This document shows positions 25,930 to 39,180 of a DNA stretch of 64,000 nucleotides, piece after piece; within the stretch, counting starts at the first letter, position 1; every line of letters starts with the position of its first letter. A program made the translations under genes and the position numbers. The stretch spans positions 36,146,001 to 36,210,000 of the forward strand of contig OZ076419.1 of NCBI GenBank assembly GCA_964187785.1, read 5' to 3'. Below the pieces are notes generated by a model. The model searched no databases and was not told the origin of the DNA. It worked only from the letters and a program-made list of their open reading frames with translations. The DNA is from Amphiscolops sp. MND2022 (Eukaryota).

Positions 25930-27485
25930 ATCCTCTTTTTCTTTGAATATTGTTCAATTTATTTGCTGTACATCAAAAACTCAACAATTTTATTGGGTAA
26001 ACATAAACACTGTTATGCTACTCACAAAAACGATGTTCCAAAATTTGCCACATTTTAAAATACATTTCAAACCAAATGCACATTTAATTACTCAACGTTT
26101 TTCCAAAGTACCACTTCCTTGCAGAGATGACTCAACAATAGTCTTAAAGAACTAGATAAACACAACCTGATTGAAAGAGTTGGTTATTCTCAACAAGATA
26201 AGCTAAAGTGCAACGTATTTAAACCCTCCTAATAATAAACCCAAACGAAACTCCATTAAACTTGTTCTTGATGCAGGACATCTCAATTCAAATACAGAAC
26301 AACCCGATGTGTCAAGGCCCATAGAACCTCTTGCTTCTCAATTAGCACGTGGTAATGGAAAGTGCGAATGTGCTTAGCCCTCATGTACGCCTATGCTCAC
26401 ACACCTCTTGGGGAAGAAACTTTAAAATGCACAAAGTTTTCATCTGGTGACAAATTTTTCGTTTTCATTAGAATCTTTTACGGCCCTTAAAGCCTTCCTA
26501 ACTTCTTCACAAAAATTGTCCTCTTTCTTCAAAACCTTCATTGAAAGCAGTTTTGCTCTTGTTTATAATGACAATCTTCTACTTCTTTGAAACTCTAAAG
26601 AACATATGTTTCAAAAAATTGAAATTCTCATATTATTAGTACAAAACACAATCTAAACCATGCTCCAGATAATTTTTTTTATGTTACCAAAAGTCAAATT
26701 TCGTGAGCATGAAATTGGCTACAGCACAATTAAATTAATCCACTCAGAGTTTGCCGCTCTTTCTTTCTCATACTGGTAAAATTGCTCTTTGGAGCTTCAT
26801 AGGTTCACTCAACTTGTATATTAAACATATCGAGTAGCTTCATATTGATCTGAATCCCTTCTACGATCTATCTTATGACAACATCCCATGGATCATGAAC
26901 TAACGTTAGTTTCAACAAGTAAGCATTGTACTCACCTCTGACACAGAACTTAGAATAGCTAAAACAAATCATCCAATATTCATTACAGTCGGATTCCCTA
27001 TTTCCCTAACTGAAATAGAATTTTTCGTTTTCGAACTGACCAATGATAACAAAAAGAAAATTATATCATACAATTCTCGACTCTAAATCCGCAAGAACAA
27101 AAACTTTATACGATGAACTGTGAACTCTTTTGTATTCTACATGCTCTTTAAACATATGAAATCTACTCATTGGATCTCCACATTCATTTCAAATTTCTAC
27201 AGAGCATAAACATCTCCTCCACTGTAATACCAGAAAAATAATCTCAGTCAACGCATTTACCGCGCTCAAAGGCAATAAACAAAAATTTCGACATTGCTCA
27301 AACACATGGAAAGAACCTTTCTGTAGCTGACATGCCTAATAGATCTTTCATTAAATCCGAGGAACATTCAAACCAACTCAAACACAAAAACTTTCACCTC
27401 AAGTAGACTTTGCTTTTCTACAAAAGAAAACTATAAAACCAATATATTACCTAATTAAGCATGAAGATATACTACCTCATCAAAG
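25930..27485 (+). pseudogene. Degenerate RT-RNase H of a relative of the 14-kb Gypsy element
   Basis: Collinear with 39581-41412: HFKPNAHLITQRFSKVP, LMYAYAHTPLGEET, ALVYNDNLLLL*NSKEHM (YxDD destroyed), SVADM. Confidence 0.85.
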
Positions 27486-27699
27486 CACCCATTGAAACTT
27501 GAAACGTGCACACCTATGCAAGTACTCCACAGCGACTTAGTGACCAAGTTTCAAGGTCATACGCCCAATAAAACCCCTTTTAACCCGCACATGTGTGGTG
27601 TTCAAGGTCATTGAGCCAAAATGTAAATATTATTTTTTACCCATATGACCATTTCAGACTGTAACTCTTGAAATCGATGATTTCCACATCTCAGTATGG

Positions 27700-29930
27700 A
27701 TGGACAAAACATAACCAGCTGAAAACGTGCCTCAGTCCATCCCCTGTACACACTCAAACGCAAGTGTCAAAACCAGTTAGTACAGTACAATCAACGCAGG
27801 AAAGACATTGCCTCGAGAAAGCAAGGGAATTGAAAGCCTCAGTGAAACCACTCTTATTCACAGAATTGGCTGTACGAATTATTGGAAAGGACAGTCCAAA
27901 AACTGACCACGGTGGTGGCAGCCGGAGAGAAACGTTACAGGAAGAAGGGGAAAGTGCCACATCAAAGCCGTGGAGGACCATAAGTGCAAAGCAAAATTGG
28001 TTATCGCAAGCAAACTGAGTGGTGGATTTGAAATACCGCAGTTCGCGAGCACGCATTAGCAGTATATGCCAAATCAAGGGCCAAACATTGCCTCTAATGC
28101 AAGAGACTAGTTTACATCAGTTGTAGCTATCAAAACTCAAGCTGTCAAATTGTCCGGTAACCCCTTGCTACTACTTCAAGCAACCATCCATGCAGCGAAT
28201 AGGGAGGACAATTTGAAGACCAATTACCTGACAACCATGGTCGCGGGCAAAGACAAGGATGCCATCGCTGGCTTGGGGTACACTGATGAGATGTATAATG
28301 GGCGTGGAACGTGCTAGTGTGTAACTTCGGGAAACCTCAAAAGGTTGTGAATGCTCAGCTGAATCGAGACTGCATAGATGACAAAGGCAATGTCGGGCGG
28401 TTGATTAACAGTAATTTCTATATGGTTGATTTTGTGAAGTAGCAGCTTCAAATGAAATGTACAAAAGCTTGTAAAAGTCCTTAGTTGATGACGGTTTTCA
28501 ACTAATGAAATGGATTTGCAGTTCCGTGAAAGTAATAAAAGAAGTATCTCTTGAAAATAGATCAGTCGCGCTAAGCAAGAAATTCGAAGCATAACCGTTT
28601 GCACCCTTAATCATGGGACTTCGGTGGAATGTTAAGTCAGACAGTCTTGAGATCAGCCGTGGCATGGGAAAAGACTTGTTCTCAAGAATCCTCGGTGTTT
28701 TAACCGCTGGGACTGTTTTCTCGTTTCACAGTGAGGATAAAATTGTTGCTCGAAATAGTTTGGACAAAACCTGGACAATTGCGGGAGGAAGAGTCATTTC
28801 CAGAAGACGAAATGATTTTCACTAATTGGGCATAGTCGCTGAGTCACACAAATGAGATGGCATTCAAAAGAAATTTTATCACAAAAATGTTGACGTATTG
28901 GACTTGCATGTTTTTGACAATTCATTCCTGGAAGCCATGAGCATATTAGCTTGCTTTTGAGATCAGCAGACCGAATAAAAAGCCCATGTTTTAGGAAAAA
29001 ATCGATTGGCGCCATTTAGGCAACAATTAATGCAACGAGTAGAGCTGCAAGAAACTAAGAATGGGACCTAATTGGAACAACTCATCATAGACGAGCACGA
29101 CGTTGCAATAAAACGAACTTTTTTGGACAGATTCGACAACTGTTTCACAATGGTTACACGGAGCTGAGAAGAAACAAGCGATTTTTGTCGCAGACAGTGT
29201 CGCTGAAATCCTGGATAGTTCAACCACTGGTCAGTGGAGACATGTCAAAAGAACCTTAAACCCGGCGATACTGGAACAAGAAAATATCTGTTCATGAACC
29301 GCAGAAAAACAAGGCCGGGACGGCATCAAGATTAGGAAGATGCTTGGCCGAAAACCTCATCACAGCTGTTTCAACGGGAAACCGAAGACAGACAACAAAT
29401 CTCTGGCGTCGTGTTGGAAGAAGAGATCAAAGACTTGTAGGATTTCGGTTCTTCTAGAAAAAAGACGCGGATATTCGCCCACTGCCTTCTTTCCCAATCA
29501 AAAGTCAAAGGTAAAATGGTAACGCTAGAAAAAATGCAGCAAGTGATCCAGTTGCTACTGCGAAACAGCCAGATGGATATCTTTGGTACAACATAGGAGT
29601 CATTGGCTGCAGGTTAGCGATCACTGGAACAAAACGTCGGCCTTTTAGACGTTCAGAAACTCATGCGATTGGTAGGACACCTTACTCATGCTTGAAGCGA
29701 GTTACGACATGAAGCATCAAGTTTTCCAAATATAGCTATCTGCGAAGCTTCAATGGTGAGAGAATTGATTGGCGCATGAAATTGAGTGAGAAAATGAGGA
29801 TGCGCAGGAAAAAACCTATCACGAAGACACAGAGTATGTTTGCAGTATTTTGCAGCAAAAGTATTGGATAGTTGGCTTCTGAAATGTTCTCAGAAATTTG
29901 AAAATGAAGTGTCTTAAGTGCAGAGAGCAA
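27700..29930 (+). mobile_element. BEL/Pao LTR retrotransposon remnant with multiple internal deletions
   Basis: Gag-like KDAIAGLGYTDEMY and FGKPQKVVNAQL; GLRWNVKSDSLEI; Pao RNase H LHVF...WTDSTTV...QWRHV...NPA; integrase zinc finger HEDTEY...YWIVG...KCLKC. Confidence 0.85.
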
Positions 29931-30322
29931 TAAGTTGGGGAATTCAACTTTTAATGGCGAATCTGCTCAAAAAAACATGGGAATAATAAGTTTTCAGTTT
30001 TGCCAATACTGGAGTAGAATTCGATTGACCATTCGAAGTAAAATTCCCGAGGAAGTCGATGAAACGATTCTGTTGTTTCTTTAATGTTCGACAACAAGAG
30101 AAGAATATGTTGAAATTGTGCCTTGTTTGGAACTTGACGCCTGTTTTACTGCAAATACGAGATTCATAGCACAAAGGAGAAACTCCAAAATCGATTTTAC
30201 CCATAAGTGAAAGAATTTGAATGCATATAATTATGGTGTAAGAGAATCTCAGTTTGACCAAGAAACAAAAAGTAAATTTTCGGACCAATTTTCCGTTTTC
30301 ACCAGCTTCGCATCTTGACTAG

Positions 30323-31016
30323 TGTAAGGGACAACGCTCCTTATTGTCTCTCAAACCAGCTGCTGATATACAGTCTTTTTTGTAATTTTTGATTTGAATC
30401 GATTCGTATCTTCTCTTTTTTCCTGATTGTCTGGGGACAAACCAGACTCTGTCCGTGTTTCCTGAAAAAGACATAGAGTTGACAATGTCTTGGATCTCTG
30501 GTATGACTCTTTCTGCTATAGCTGAGGTTATTGCTCCATTTATCTGAGTGTGCATCTTGGATACCATTGAGTCCATTTCCTGAGAAAGCCTCATGTTGAA
30601 TTCACAAGTAAAAGTTTCCCTTGTTTCCTGGAACCTATCTTGATCAGGTACTATGTTTTCGTGGACGTAAGGTCCAAACCCTTTTTATTGTGGGATATTT
30701 TCTCTGAACTCAGTGTCACAGAGACTTTCTGAATTTCCAATTAGATTTGAGAGTTAGCGTTCAATTGGGTTGATGTTAACACTTCCGAGTATCACGTCCA
30801 TATTTTCAAAGTCAGACATCATGTCTAGCTCTCCTGATTTTCTAGCTTTCGCCTTTTGTCTGCTAGTGGAAGGCATAAGAGAGTATTGCTAGAGGAAAGA
30901 ATGCAGTATGTCAAAATTCATAATCGACCCCGGGACTGATGTCCTGGATATATATATAAAAGGCCACATAAACATTTTATTGATACCATACCATATAAAC
31001 TAAAGTTAGAAGCACA
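30323..31016 (-). repeat. LTR-like repeat containing a decayed ORF (MPSTSRQKAKARK...QEMDSMV...AERVIPEIQ)
   Basis: TG...CA-bounded segment next to the gap; ORF from ~30876 has stops. TSD cannot be checked because of the Ns. Confidence 0.3.
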
Positions 31017-31017
31017 T

Positions 31018-31217
31018 NNNNNNNNNNNNNNNNNNNNNNNNNNNNNNNNNNNNNNNNNNNNNNNNNNNNNNNNNNNNNNNNNNNNNNNNNNNNNNNNNNN
31101 NNNNNNNNNNNNNNNNNNNNNNNNNNNNNNNNNNNNNNNNNNNNNNNNNNNNNNNNNNNNNNNNNNNNNNNNNNNNNNNNNNNNNNNNNNNNNNNNNNNN
31201 NNNNNNNNNNNNNNNNN
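31018..31217. other. Assembly gap (200 N)
   Basis: Run of N. Confidence 1.
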
Positions 31218-32099
31218 ATGACCTATATTTTTTGGAAAATTGTACATTAGAGTCATACCATACTCGTTAGATACTTTATGACAAAGTAGCTGCAATCGAG
31301 TTGGGTTTCTGACAAAGAGACAATCCTAAGTCTCAAATCTTTACAACGTTTCGCTAATAAGCAAGAAGCGAACTAGATGCTACTCAATTGAAGAGTTGGG
31401 TTGAGTGAATATACACAGCGGAAAGTTTGTTACGGAGTTCAGAAGATCCAAATCAGTGTGAAACGGGATTACAGAAGATCCAATGGTTTGCATGGGACCT
31501 ACGAAATTTCAAGATACAGTCGTTTCCAGCAAGAAAAGTTGAAACGTTTAGTAATAATAGTAATAAACAACGGATCAGAGCGGCATAAAAGTTGTCAAGC
31601 CTCAGCGCAAGATTAAGGCAAGCATTTGTTACAAGTTTGTTAAAACTATATTAGAAAGAGGACCTTTTAAATCAATTTTGCACTTTGTGGATGTTTATGG
31701 TTCTTCGAAAAAAGTGAAGAAACGCAACGAAAAACTATTGTTTCACGTGCGGTTTATTTCATAGAGCGCTGGTCAATATTTGCTTATCAAGAAGCTTGTG
31801 TGAAAATGTGGGCATCTATTGGTTTTTCAGAAAGGTATTAAAAATAACATGAAATACGGTGAATACAAGTATGACAGTTTGATCTTCCAATGGCTGAAGA
31901 TGTGATACAGGAACGTTATCCAAGTTCAAAGGGCCCAATCAAAATTCTGAAGAAACAGTGTTACGGAAATCGGCTTCTCCAGGCTCATTTTTTTGATTTT
32001 GATTGACTCAACCAAGTGTTTGATTTTAGTGTTTTGATTTTTGACTCGATTGGGTTTCAAACAAATTTCAAACAAGATACTTTCTACGTTTTATCACAG

Positions 32100-32239
32100 G
32101 AGACAGTGGCGGTCCAATAGTGCTTTACGACGATGCAAAAGGGTCATCTGTGTGTCTGTATGCCATTTCCAGTCACCGAGGCACAGAAGACTGTGGCAAC
32201 CCGAAAGTAGGATCCATTTCCACAAGGCATGGTTGTTAA
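32100..32239 (+). CDS. Exon of serine protease gene A, catalytic-Ser region
   Basis: Acceptor ttttatcacAG, phase 1: (G)DSGGPIVLYDDAKGSSVCLYAISSHRGTEDCGNPKVGSISTRHGC*. Canonical GDSGGP motif. The 3' end may be spliced to a further exon near 32373. Confidence 0.8.
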
Positions 32240-32544
32240 AAATTAATCGTTAAATGGACAGATCAATCGTTTTGAAAAAAAATCATTTTGGACCTTGGTA
32301 CTTCCAAAATTAGTTTGACAATCTCACAGACTTCTTGTTCTCTATGTTTCTCAGTTATGGTTCTTTTTGCAGGAAATCGACCATCAATTTTGAGTTTGTC
32401 CTTTGGATAATCCAGGTAATTTCACTTGAGTGGCTGTGCTCTGTAACAAGACGGGAACGTCGCAAGTTGGTACTCCTTTTGAGGCTAGAAAGTGTTTTCT
32501 TCTGAATCACGTTAAGTCATCCTGATAGGTGGACACATTTGCGA

Positions 32545-33311
32545 AAGCCCATACGATTCAAATGAAAATGTTACAGTCATTCTGCTGCATATCGGGATCG
32601 TTCGTGGGCAATAAAATCAAAATCGTATGACTTTTGGAAACAAAAACAAAAGTGTATCAAAAATGACCAAGAAGCATAAAATCGTTTGACTGGGATCTGG
32701 GAAAAATAGCCAAATTTAAGCCACAAATAACCTAAATTGGCAAACTTTGGACTGTTTTATATGTTCTTAAAAACTGTCCATACGATTCAAACCAAAACCG
32801 TTCAGTCATTCTACTCTATATTGGGGTCTTATATGTGCAATGACATCAACGTCGCATGACTTGACTCTGAGGAACATAGATAATTTTACTCCAAACGTAA
32901 CCAAAAAACGGCAACTTTTGGACTCTTTTCGATTTCCTGAAAACCGTCCATATCATTCCAGCAAAAATTTTACAGTCATTGTACCTTATATTGGAGTCCT
33001 ATGTGTGTAATGATTTCAAAATCATACGACTAAGCTGAGGAACGTGGCCAAAATTAGACCAAAAGTCACTAAAAACGGAATTTTTTGGACTGTTTCTGAT
33101 TTTCCCAAAAAGTCATTTTGTACCATATTGAGGTCTTATGTGCAAATGATTCGAAAGAAGGTTTTCAGTCATTCTTATAACTTTTGGGGTCCTATTCGAG
33201 CGATGACATCAAAATCGAATGACTGGGATCTGAAAAACGTAGTCAATATTATTTTAAAATTTGCCAAAATACGACAATTTTCCAATTTGTTTCATTCGTG
33301 GGTTTGTTCTG
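32545..33311 (+). repeat. Older, degenerate HINE-like tandem units (copy C)
   Basis: Recognisable AAAAACTGTCCATACGATTC / CAGTCATTCT / TATGTGCAATG units with higher divergence. Confidence 0.65.
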
Positions 33312-33867
33312 TGTACTGCTTAGATTTAGGGTTTAGTGGTAGAGTATGTTTAGGTAATTCTATAGGAAGTTACTCCCATCATAAGCAGAAGCCGCTATTG
33401 ATGTTATTAGAGATCTCTTTCAATGCTTTGCTAAGTCTTCAGAGTATACCTTTCTGTTTCTTCCACTAGTTATTGACTGAGAGAAAACCTATCTATTGAG
33501 AGAAATAAGAAAACTCTGAGTAGATATTTATCATGACATACATCAAAAATTTAACTGTCATCAATAACTGTCTAGATGAAGTAGCATCGCTAAATCGATT
33601 ATAGAATAGTGGACTAGTATCTAAATAATGAAGTATTCGCTAAATAGATTAGAGATTAGTGGGTTGCCATATCAACTTACTGAGAGTCTTTATTAAATAG
33701 ATTAGAAAATAGGTAATGATATCTGGATGGTAAGAGCATTCACTGAATAGATTAAGTTAACTTTAAGATGTCATATGTCAATTTGTCAAAGAAAAAAAGT
33801 TCTAGAAAAATTCTATAAGAAACTATTGAGGTCATGCATCATGGTATCACAGTATCATGGTACCACA
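33312..33867 (-). repeat. 3' LTR (556 bp)
   Basis: Direct repeat of 46746-47300. Confidence 0.9.
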
Positions 33868-34338
33868 ATCAACCGGGTTTTTGAAAAAATTTCCATTATC
33901 GTATTTGGAGAAGTGAATGTTATGTATCTTGTTGGTTTTCAGGTGTTAAGTAAAGTGTGTTGTACGTTTGAGAAGTGTTTTATACTTAAGAGTGAGAGAT
34001 ACCTAAAACGGTTTAGTGAACTTTTTATAGTGCGGTTCAGTTCGTTTTGATGCGAGTTTTTGAAAATCAAAAGGTCAAGTAATTTTGACTGACATTTCGG
34101 TTCTAGTTATTGTTTGACAACATGTTTATGTATTTGGATTCAAATTCAATCAAGTGTCCATTCGTCGGCCTTTTTGAAAAAATCTATCAAAGTAGTCAGT
34201 GAAAGTTTGATGTATCATTAAGTGGCAAGAGACAAAAATATTGTTTTATAGGGTCGTAGTTTTGTAGATAACCCGTTATGCGAGAGTGGTCAATGGTATA
34301 CAGATGTGTCATAGTATATGGTGATGTGTATTTGTAGT

Positions 34339-35796
34339 TTACGAAAATGTAATTTTTCGAATTTTGATGTTTGAGAAAAGTAACGTATGTGTTATGATGA
34401 GTTGCTTTTTGCGAAGATGAAAGAAACGAAGGGTCATCTTCATCAGTTTTGAGATCATAAATTGACGCTCTGAGAAAAATGAACTGAAGTGAGAAAAATT
34501 TACATTACTTTCAATCCAATAATGATATGGTGTCCTTATTTTCGAGGCAATAGAAGTGAAGAAGTCTTGGTATTTGTCATATAGTTTGAAGGTGTAGTCA
34601 GTTGGGTGCATATATAAAGATGTGAGTTGAGATTTGAATGTGAAATTTTCGTTCGATAGAATCGGTATGAGATAATCATCTGTTTGTGTTGAAATTGAAT
34701 CTTTTGGAGAGATGAGTGGTGGATATACAGGAGAAGTACGAAAGATAGGATCTTTCTTTATATTGTATTTCTTTTGCGATGGTGGAGTTATTGATGGAGA
34801 TTGTTCAGGAAGTTTGTGATTTTGAGTTGAAATTTTGTTATTATCAGTATCAGAAGATTTGGAAACATTGTGAGTAGTGTCCATTTGTTTTATCTGATTG
34901 CTTGTTGGTTCAATAGGACTGAGAAAAAAAATCGGTGAATTGTTACACAAAGGTATGTTTGATGGATCTGAGATGTTCGAATTGTATAGTGATTCCAGTT
35001 GTGATTGAAGATCTATATGAGCTTGAGTCATTTTGAAATTTACTAACGAGTGGCTTTATCTTGTTTTGAAGAAGTGGTTTGAGACAAGATGCGAACTTCA
35101 ATTGTAGGTTGGATTGAGCGTTTTATAGATATTTTGATTGAATAATCATTTTTGTTGGACAAGAGGAATCAATGTTGTTGAAAAAAGAAGACTATTTCAG
35201 AGGGATTTATATGGTAGTGAAAGGCGTTCTATGTTTTTTTAGAATGAAGAGCTCTTTGAATTGTTCAAGTCAAAGTGGTGGTCAACTGGTATCACGTGAA
35301 GGAAAGTGCTGAATGACCAATGTTAAAAAGATTGGTGAAACGAATATTTCATTTTTGAATAAATCTTGACAGGAGTTTCCGTTTCAGTGTTGTCAAGTGG
35401 TGTAGAGTTCAACTGGTAAGTGTCAGATTTGGAAGTGACATTTGTATAACGGGGTAATGAAGGATGTGGCATAGATTGTGTGACTGGTTTTGAGTTGTCA
35501 ATAGTGATTGTGTTATAGGATTTACGTTTTGGAAGGAATTTAAGTTTTGACATTTTAGGTAATTTATGTGTAGAACCTTTAGTATAAAACGGAGGTGGAG
35601 ATATAATCCCGTTTGAGTTTAGGTTATCGTTGTTTCGATTTGGAGATATTTGAAGATTATCAGAGGGATAATTTGAATTAATGAACGTTTGGTCTATTGG
35701 GTTTTCAGTAAATGTTGACAAAGAAAATTTTGAAGAAATTTTGTTCGGACCCAATGCTCTTTTCTTAGAAGGAGCGTCTTTTAGGTCATTTATCAT
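34339..35796 (-). pseudogene. Unknown ORF region(s) between env and the 3' LTR (157-aa and 230-aa fragments, S/T/N/P-rich)
   Basis: Open frames on the element's coding strand; no recognisable domain. Confidence 0.45.
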
Positions 35797-35949
35797 TTCA
35801 GATGTAAGAATGTTGAAGAAACCATGTGCAATAGAACTAAAAACAGTTAAGTTTTGGTCAAGATTATATTAGGTAGAAACTGTTTTGTAAACTTTAATAA
35901 GATGTGTTAAGAGTGCTTGTATAAAAAGGAATGTAGAGAAGTATATTCC

Positions 35950-38060
35950 ACATTGTGAAAGAATGTAGCATGAGTACCTAAAAAAAGTTATGAAAGCATC
36001 AGCAAACCATGATGGTGTAAAAAGAGGAGTAAGATATATGAGTTTATCATGTAGTCCAATACGAATAGTATTATAGGGATTTGTTTGAGAAATGTGTGTG
36101 TCAGAATAAACTGGAAAATTAGAAGAAATGAATGACTAACTACGAGCTTTTCCAAGTATGTGAAGGGTTGTATCAGAATGTTTTGAAAAGAGATTTCTGT
36201 TCCAAAATTGATCGAGTTCTGCATTTGAATATTTACCACCATCTTGGGCTGTAAATGTTTTTGGACGTATTGATTTGATTAGGGTTAAACATAAGAGGAG
36301 GTTTTCGTTTGATAGGTTCTGGGCGAAGAAGTTAAAAATCTTGATCGTCAGTAGCAGGGTCAAGTTCTATAATGCTTTGTGGGTGATTATCACAAGCTAT
36401 AGGAGTGTCATAATCATATGTTTGTCGAGTAATGGGATCTACATACATGAAGGTATCTTTGTAATGTATAGGAATTGTATCAAAGCAACGGTCAGCTTTG
36501 TATAAAGGTGATAAGAAATGAGGACAGTCACATACACAAGCTGTAGAGCCTTCTACATAGATAAAGTTACTTCGATTACCCATTAGGAGGAATCCTGCAA
36601 GTTGGGGATTTTGTACGGACATAGCAAGTATTGTAAGAAATTGAATACGTTCTAATTTACAGATGGTATGAAGTGTATTAAGTTCTTGTACAGTCAAAGA
36701 ACGAAAAACGTGGTTAATAGTATAATCTATTTTAGTATTAATATGAGCATCGTGGTCAATGGTTGCAAAATTGTTAGATACATTAAGTGCTGGAAAAACA
36801 TAGTGTTTCGTTGTAGAGTCTAATACTATCTTACCAGAAATATTATAGAATGCGAATTAGGTTGTCCTGTTTGCATATTGAAACCTTCTTGATAAGTAAC
36901 AAAAAGAGCTGAATTTTGTGTGGTTTAAAGAGGTTCAGCTTTGCCACAAAATGTTTGAGTGTGTGAAAGGAGTTGAAAACATGAAAGATTTGGGGTATGT
37001 GGGTTTTGTGTGTCGGATGCATGAATGTATGGAAAGGAAGTGCCTTTGATTCCAGAGGAAGTATCAGATTTATTTGGCAAAGGAGGATGGATAAAGGAGT
37101 CTGTTTCAATCCATTATCTATCATTGACTTTAGTCATTCGACCTACAAAGTCTCGTAGTGTGAAAATTAAACAAAAGTCGTCACTAAACCAAACAAGTGT
37201 CGAAGGAGTTTTAGTAGTAGGTTTACAAAAACCCTTAGCAAAAGAACATGGAAGTGCATGTCCGTCAATTACCATTAGGTTTTCGGTATCGTCATACGTA
37301 AGTTCTACTTCAGAAACGGAATGTCTCCACCTAAGTAAATTCACTTCGAATTGGCTATGTGCTGGACAGTTGTGAAAAGGATTGGTCTTTGGATCATGAA
37401 TCCATAATTTATCTGCTGGCATGTAAGTAAAAGTACCAGTATACATTGTATTGAAGTTATGGACTGTAAAAAAAGTTTGATATTGTTCAAGTTTCTCTCA
37501 GAAATAATGATCTTCCAAGAGTGTAAAAGTACGGTTGTAATTAAAGTTGTTTAATATTTTATTCTTTGTACCATTAGAGATGTCTAATAAGGTTTCACTT
37601 TCTGATGGATCAAGAGTGATAGGAAGAGGTAATGTATTATAGTTCTATACGGTTCGATCAACACGTCTATATTTAACTGAGCCTTGAAAACAAATTTTTC
37701 TTTCCTTCTTAGTGTAAGCTTAACATTTAGAAGCTTTAACGCGTTTAGCTTTAGCTCGAGCATAAACTCGGGCTCAAAATTTAGCATGTTGAATGTTCGA
37801 AGGGGCTTCAGTACATGGTTTGACGTTTAATGAATTGAATTGTCTCAACTTATGTTGTTTTTCACACTCATAGTGAGAAACCTTAAGATTTGTAATATTT
37901 GTATCATCTGGAGGAAGATAATTGTCTGTATCTGTAAGTTCAATAGTTCTTGCATGGGAAAATAAAAGATGTTACATAGAGAAATGTAAAATATTATTTG
38001 TAAATAGATTGTGAACTCAGATAGATAGGCTCAGTGTTTTAGAATGGTGTAGTGTTTTTG
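35950..38060 (-). pseudogene. env: Env-like glycoprotein resembling class III viral fusion proteins, fragmented
   Basis: Cys-rich ectodomain fragments SHYECEKQHKLRQFNSLNVKPC, CSFAKGFCKPTTKTPSTLVWFSDDFC and RCFDTIPIHYKDTFMYVDPITRQTYDYDTPIAC; hydrophobic C-terminal anchor (IPIILFVLDYMINSYILLLF); located after the integrase. Confidence 0.7.
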
Positions 38061-39180
38061 AGGATTGAATATGGGTTGTAAAACATGATTTTACCATATG
38101 ATAAATCAGGAAGGGTAGGATCTCTGTTGAAGTCTACGTATGGAACAATAAAAGGAGCAGGTGTAGTTCTATGTTCTTGTTTTGCTACTAGAAAAACTGG
38201 ATGAGGACTTAATCCCTGAAATCTAATTTTCACTTCAAATTGTAATTCTAGGTTTGGGTGTTGAAGTCTTTTAAGTTCAAGTTCTATACGTTTTCCAGAA
38301 AATGTATCGTTGTTATGTATGAATCGTTGTGCAAGAATAGTAAAACGAGGATCAAATCTAGGTTCGTAAATAGTGATTCCGTCAACACGTAATGGATAGT
38401 CAGCTAAGTTAGAAGTAGGAGTTCTAGAGTTATCGGCAGTGATTCATTCTGAGAGACGTACTGTAGGTTGTTCAGGAGTAGGTACCAAAACTTCGGAGAA
38501 GCCATATCGGTGATAATATATCCTGATCCACGATCAGTGACAAGATATATGGGTGGACCAAATTTGACAATCCAGTGATGTAAAAGTGTCTTAACTGCTG
38601 TTTTAGCATCGTTAGATTTGATTGGTACTGTAACGACAAAGTGACTAAAAGCGTCAACAATGACGTGTATATACGCTTTTGTCTGAGAAGGAGGAGTGAT
38701 AGGAACTTTGGTGTTCATTGAGATGCAATAGTTGAAAGAAGGAGCTTGTTCTGAAAAAGATTGTAGGGGAGCAGTATTAGGTTTCATAATAAAGTGTTTA
38801 TTGCGTTGATATCAAGACAGTCATGTATGAAAATGGACAACCATTTGTCAAAAAATGGAAAAAAAAATTGTGAAAATGTATTGTACGTATTTTTAGTGCC
38901 AGTATGACAATGAGCGTGAAGTTTGTTGAAAGCTGTTTTAAACAGTCTAAAAGGAAGGCAAATCCTGATATTACTATAAACTAAGGGTGTAGTTGTATGT
39001 GATAGTGTATCTGAAAAGGATTTGTTTTTTTTGTCTATAGACTTATGAGGTTAGTGCCATCGTCAATAAAAAGTTGGAAGAAAATTGTGTAATATGCGTG
39101 TAGAAAAAGAGAGCCATGTATTAAAGGTTTAGGATATTCAGGTTTAGCATTGTGACGTATCCAGTGATATAGGGTTTTCA
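38039..39180 (-). pseudogene. Integrase, fragmented and partly deleted
   Basis: IVDAFSHFVVTVPIKSNDAKTAVKTLLHHWIVKFGPPIYLVTDRGS. Confidence 0.85.

Noticed and set aside
30918-31295. ORF spanning the N run
   Set aside because: Artefact of the assembly gap.
33044-33469. Duplicated 141-aa ORF (also 46478-46903) as a gene
   Set aside because: It crosses a repeat/LTR junction and is duplicated only because of the templated copy.
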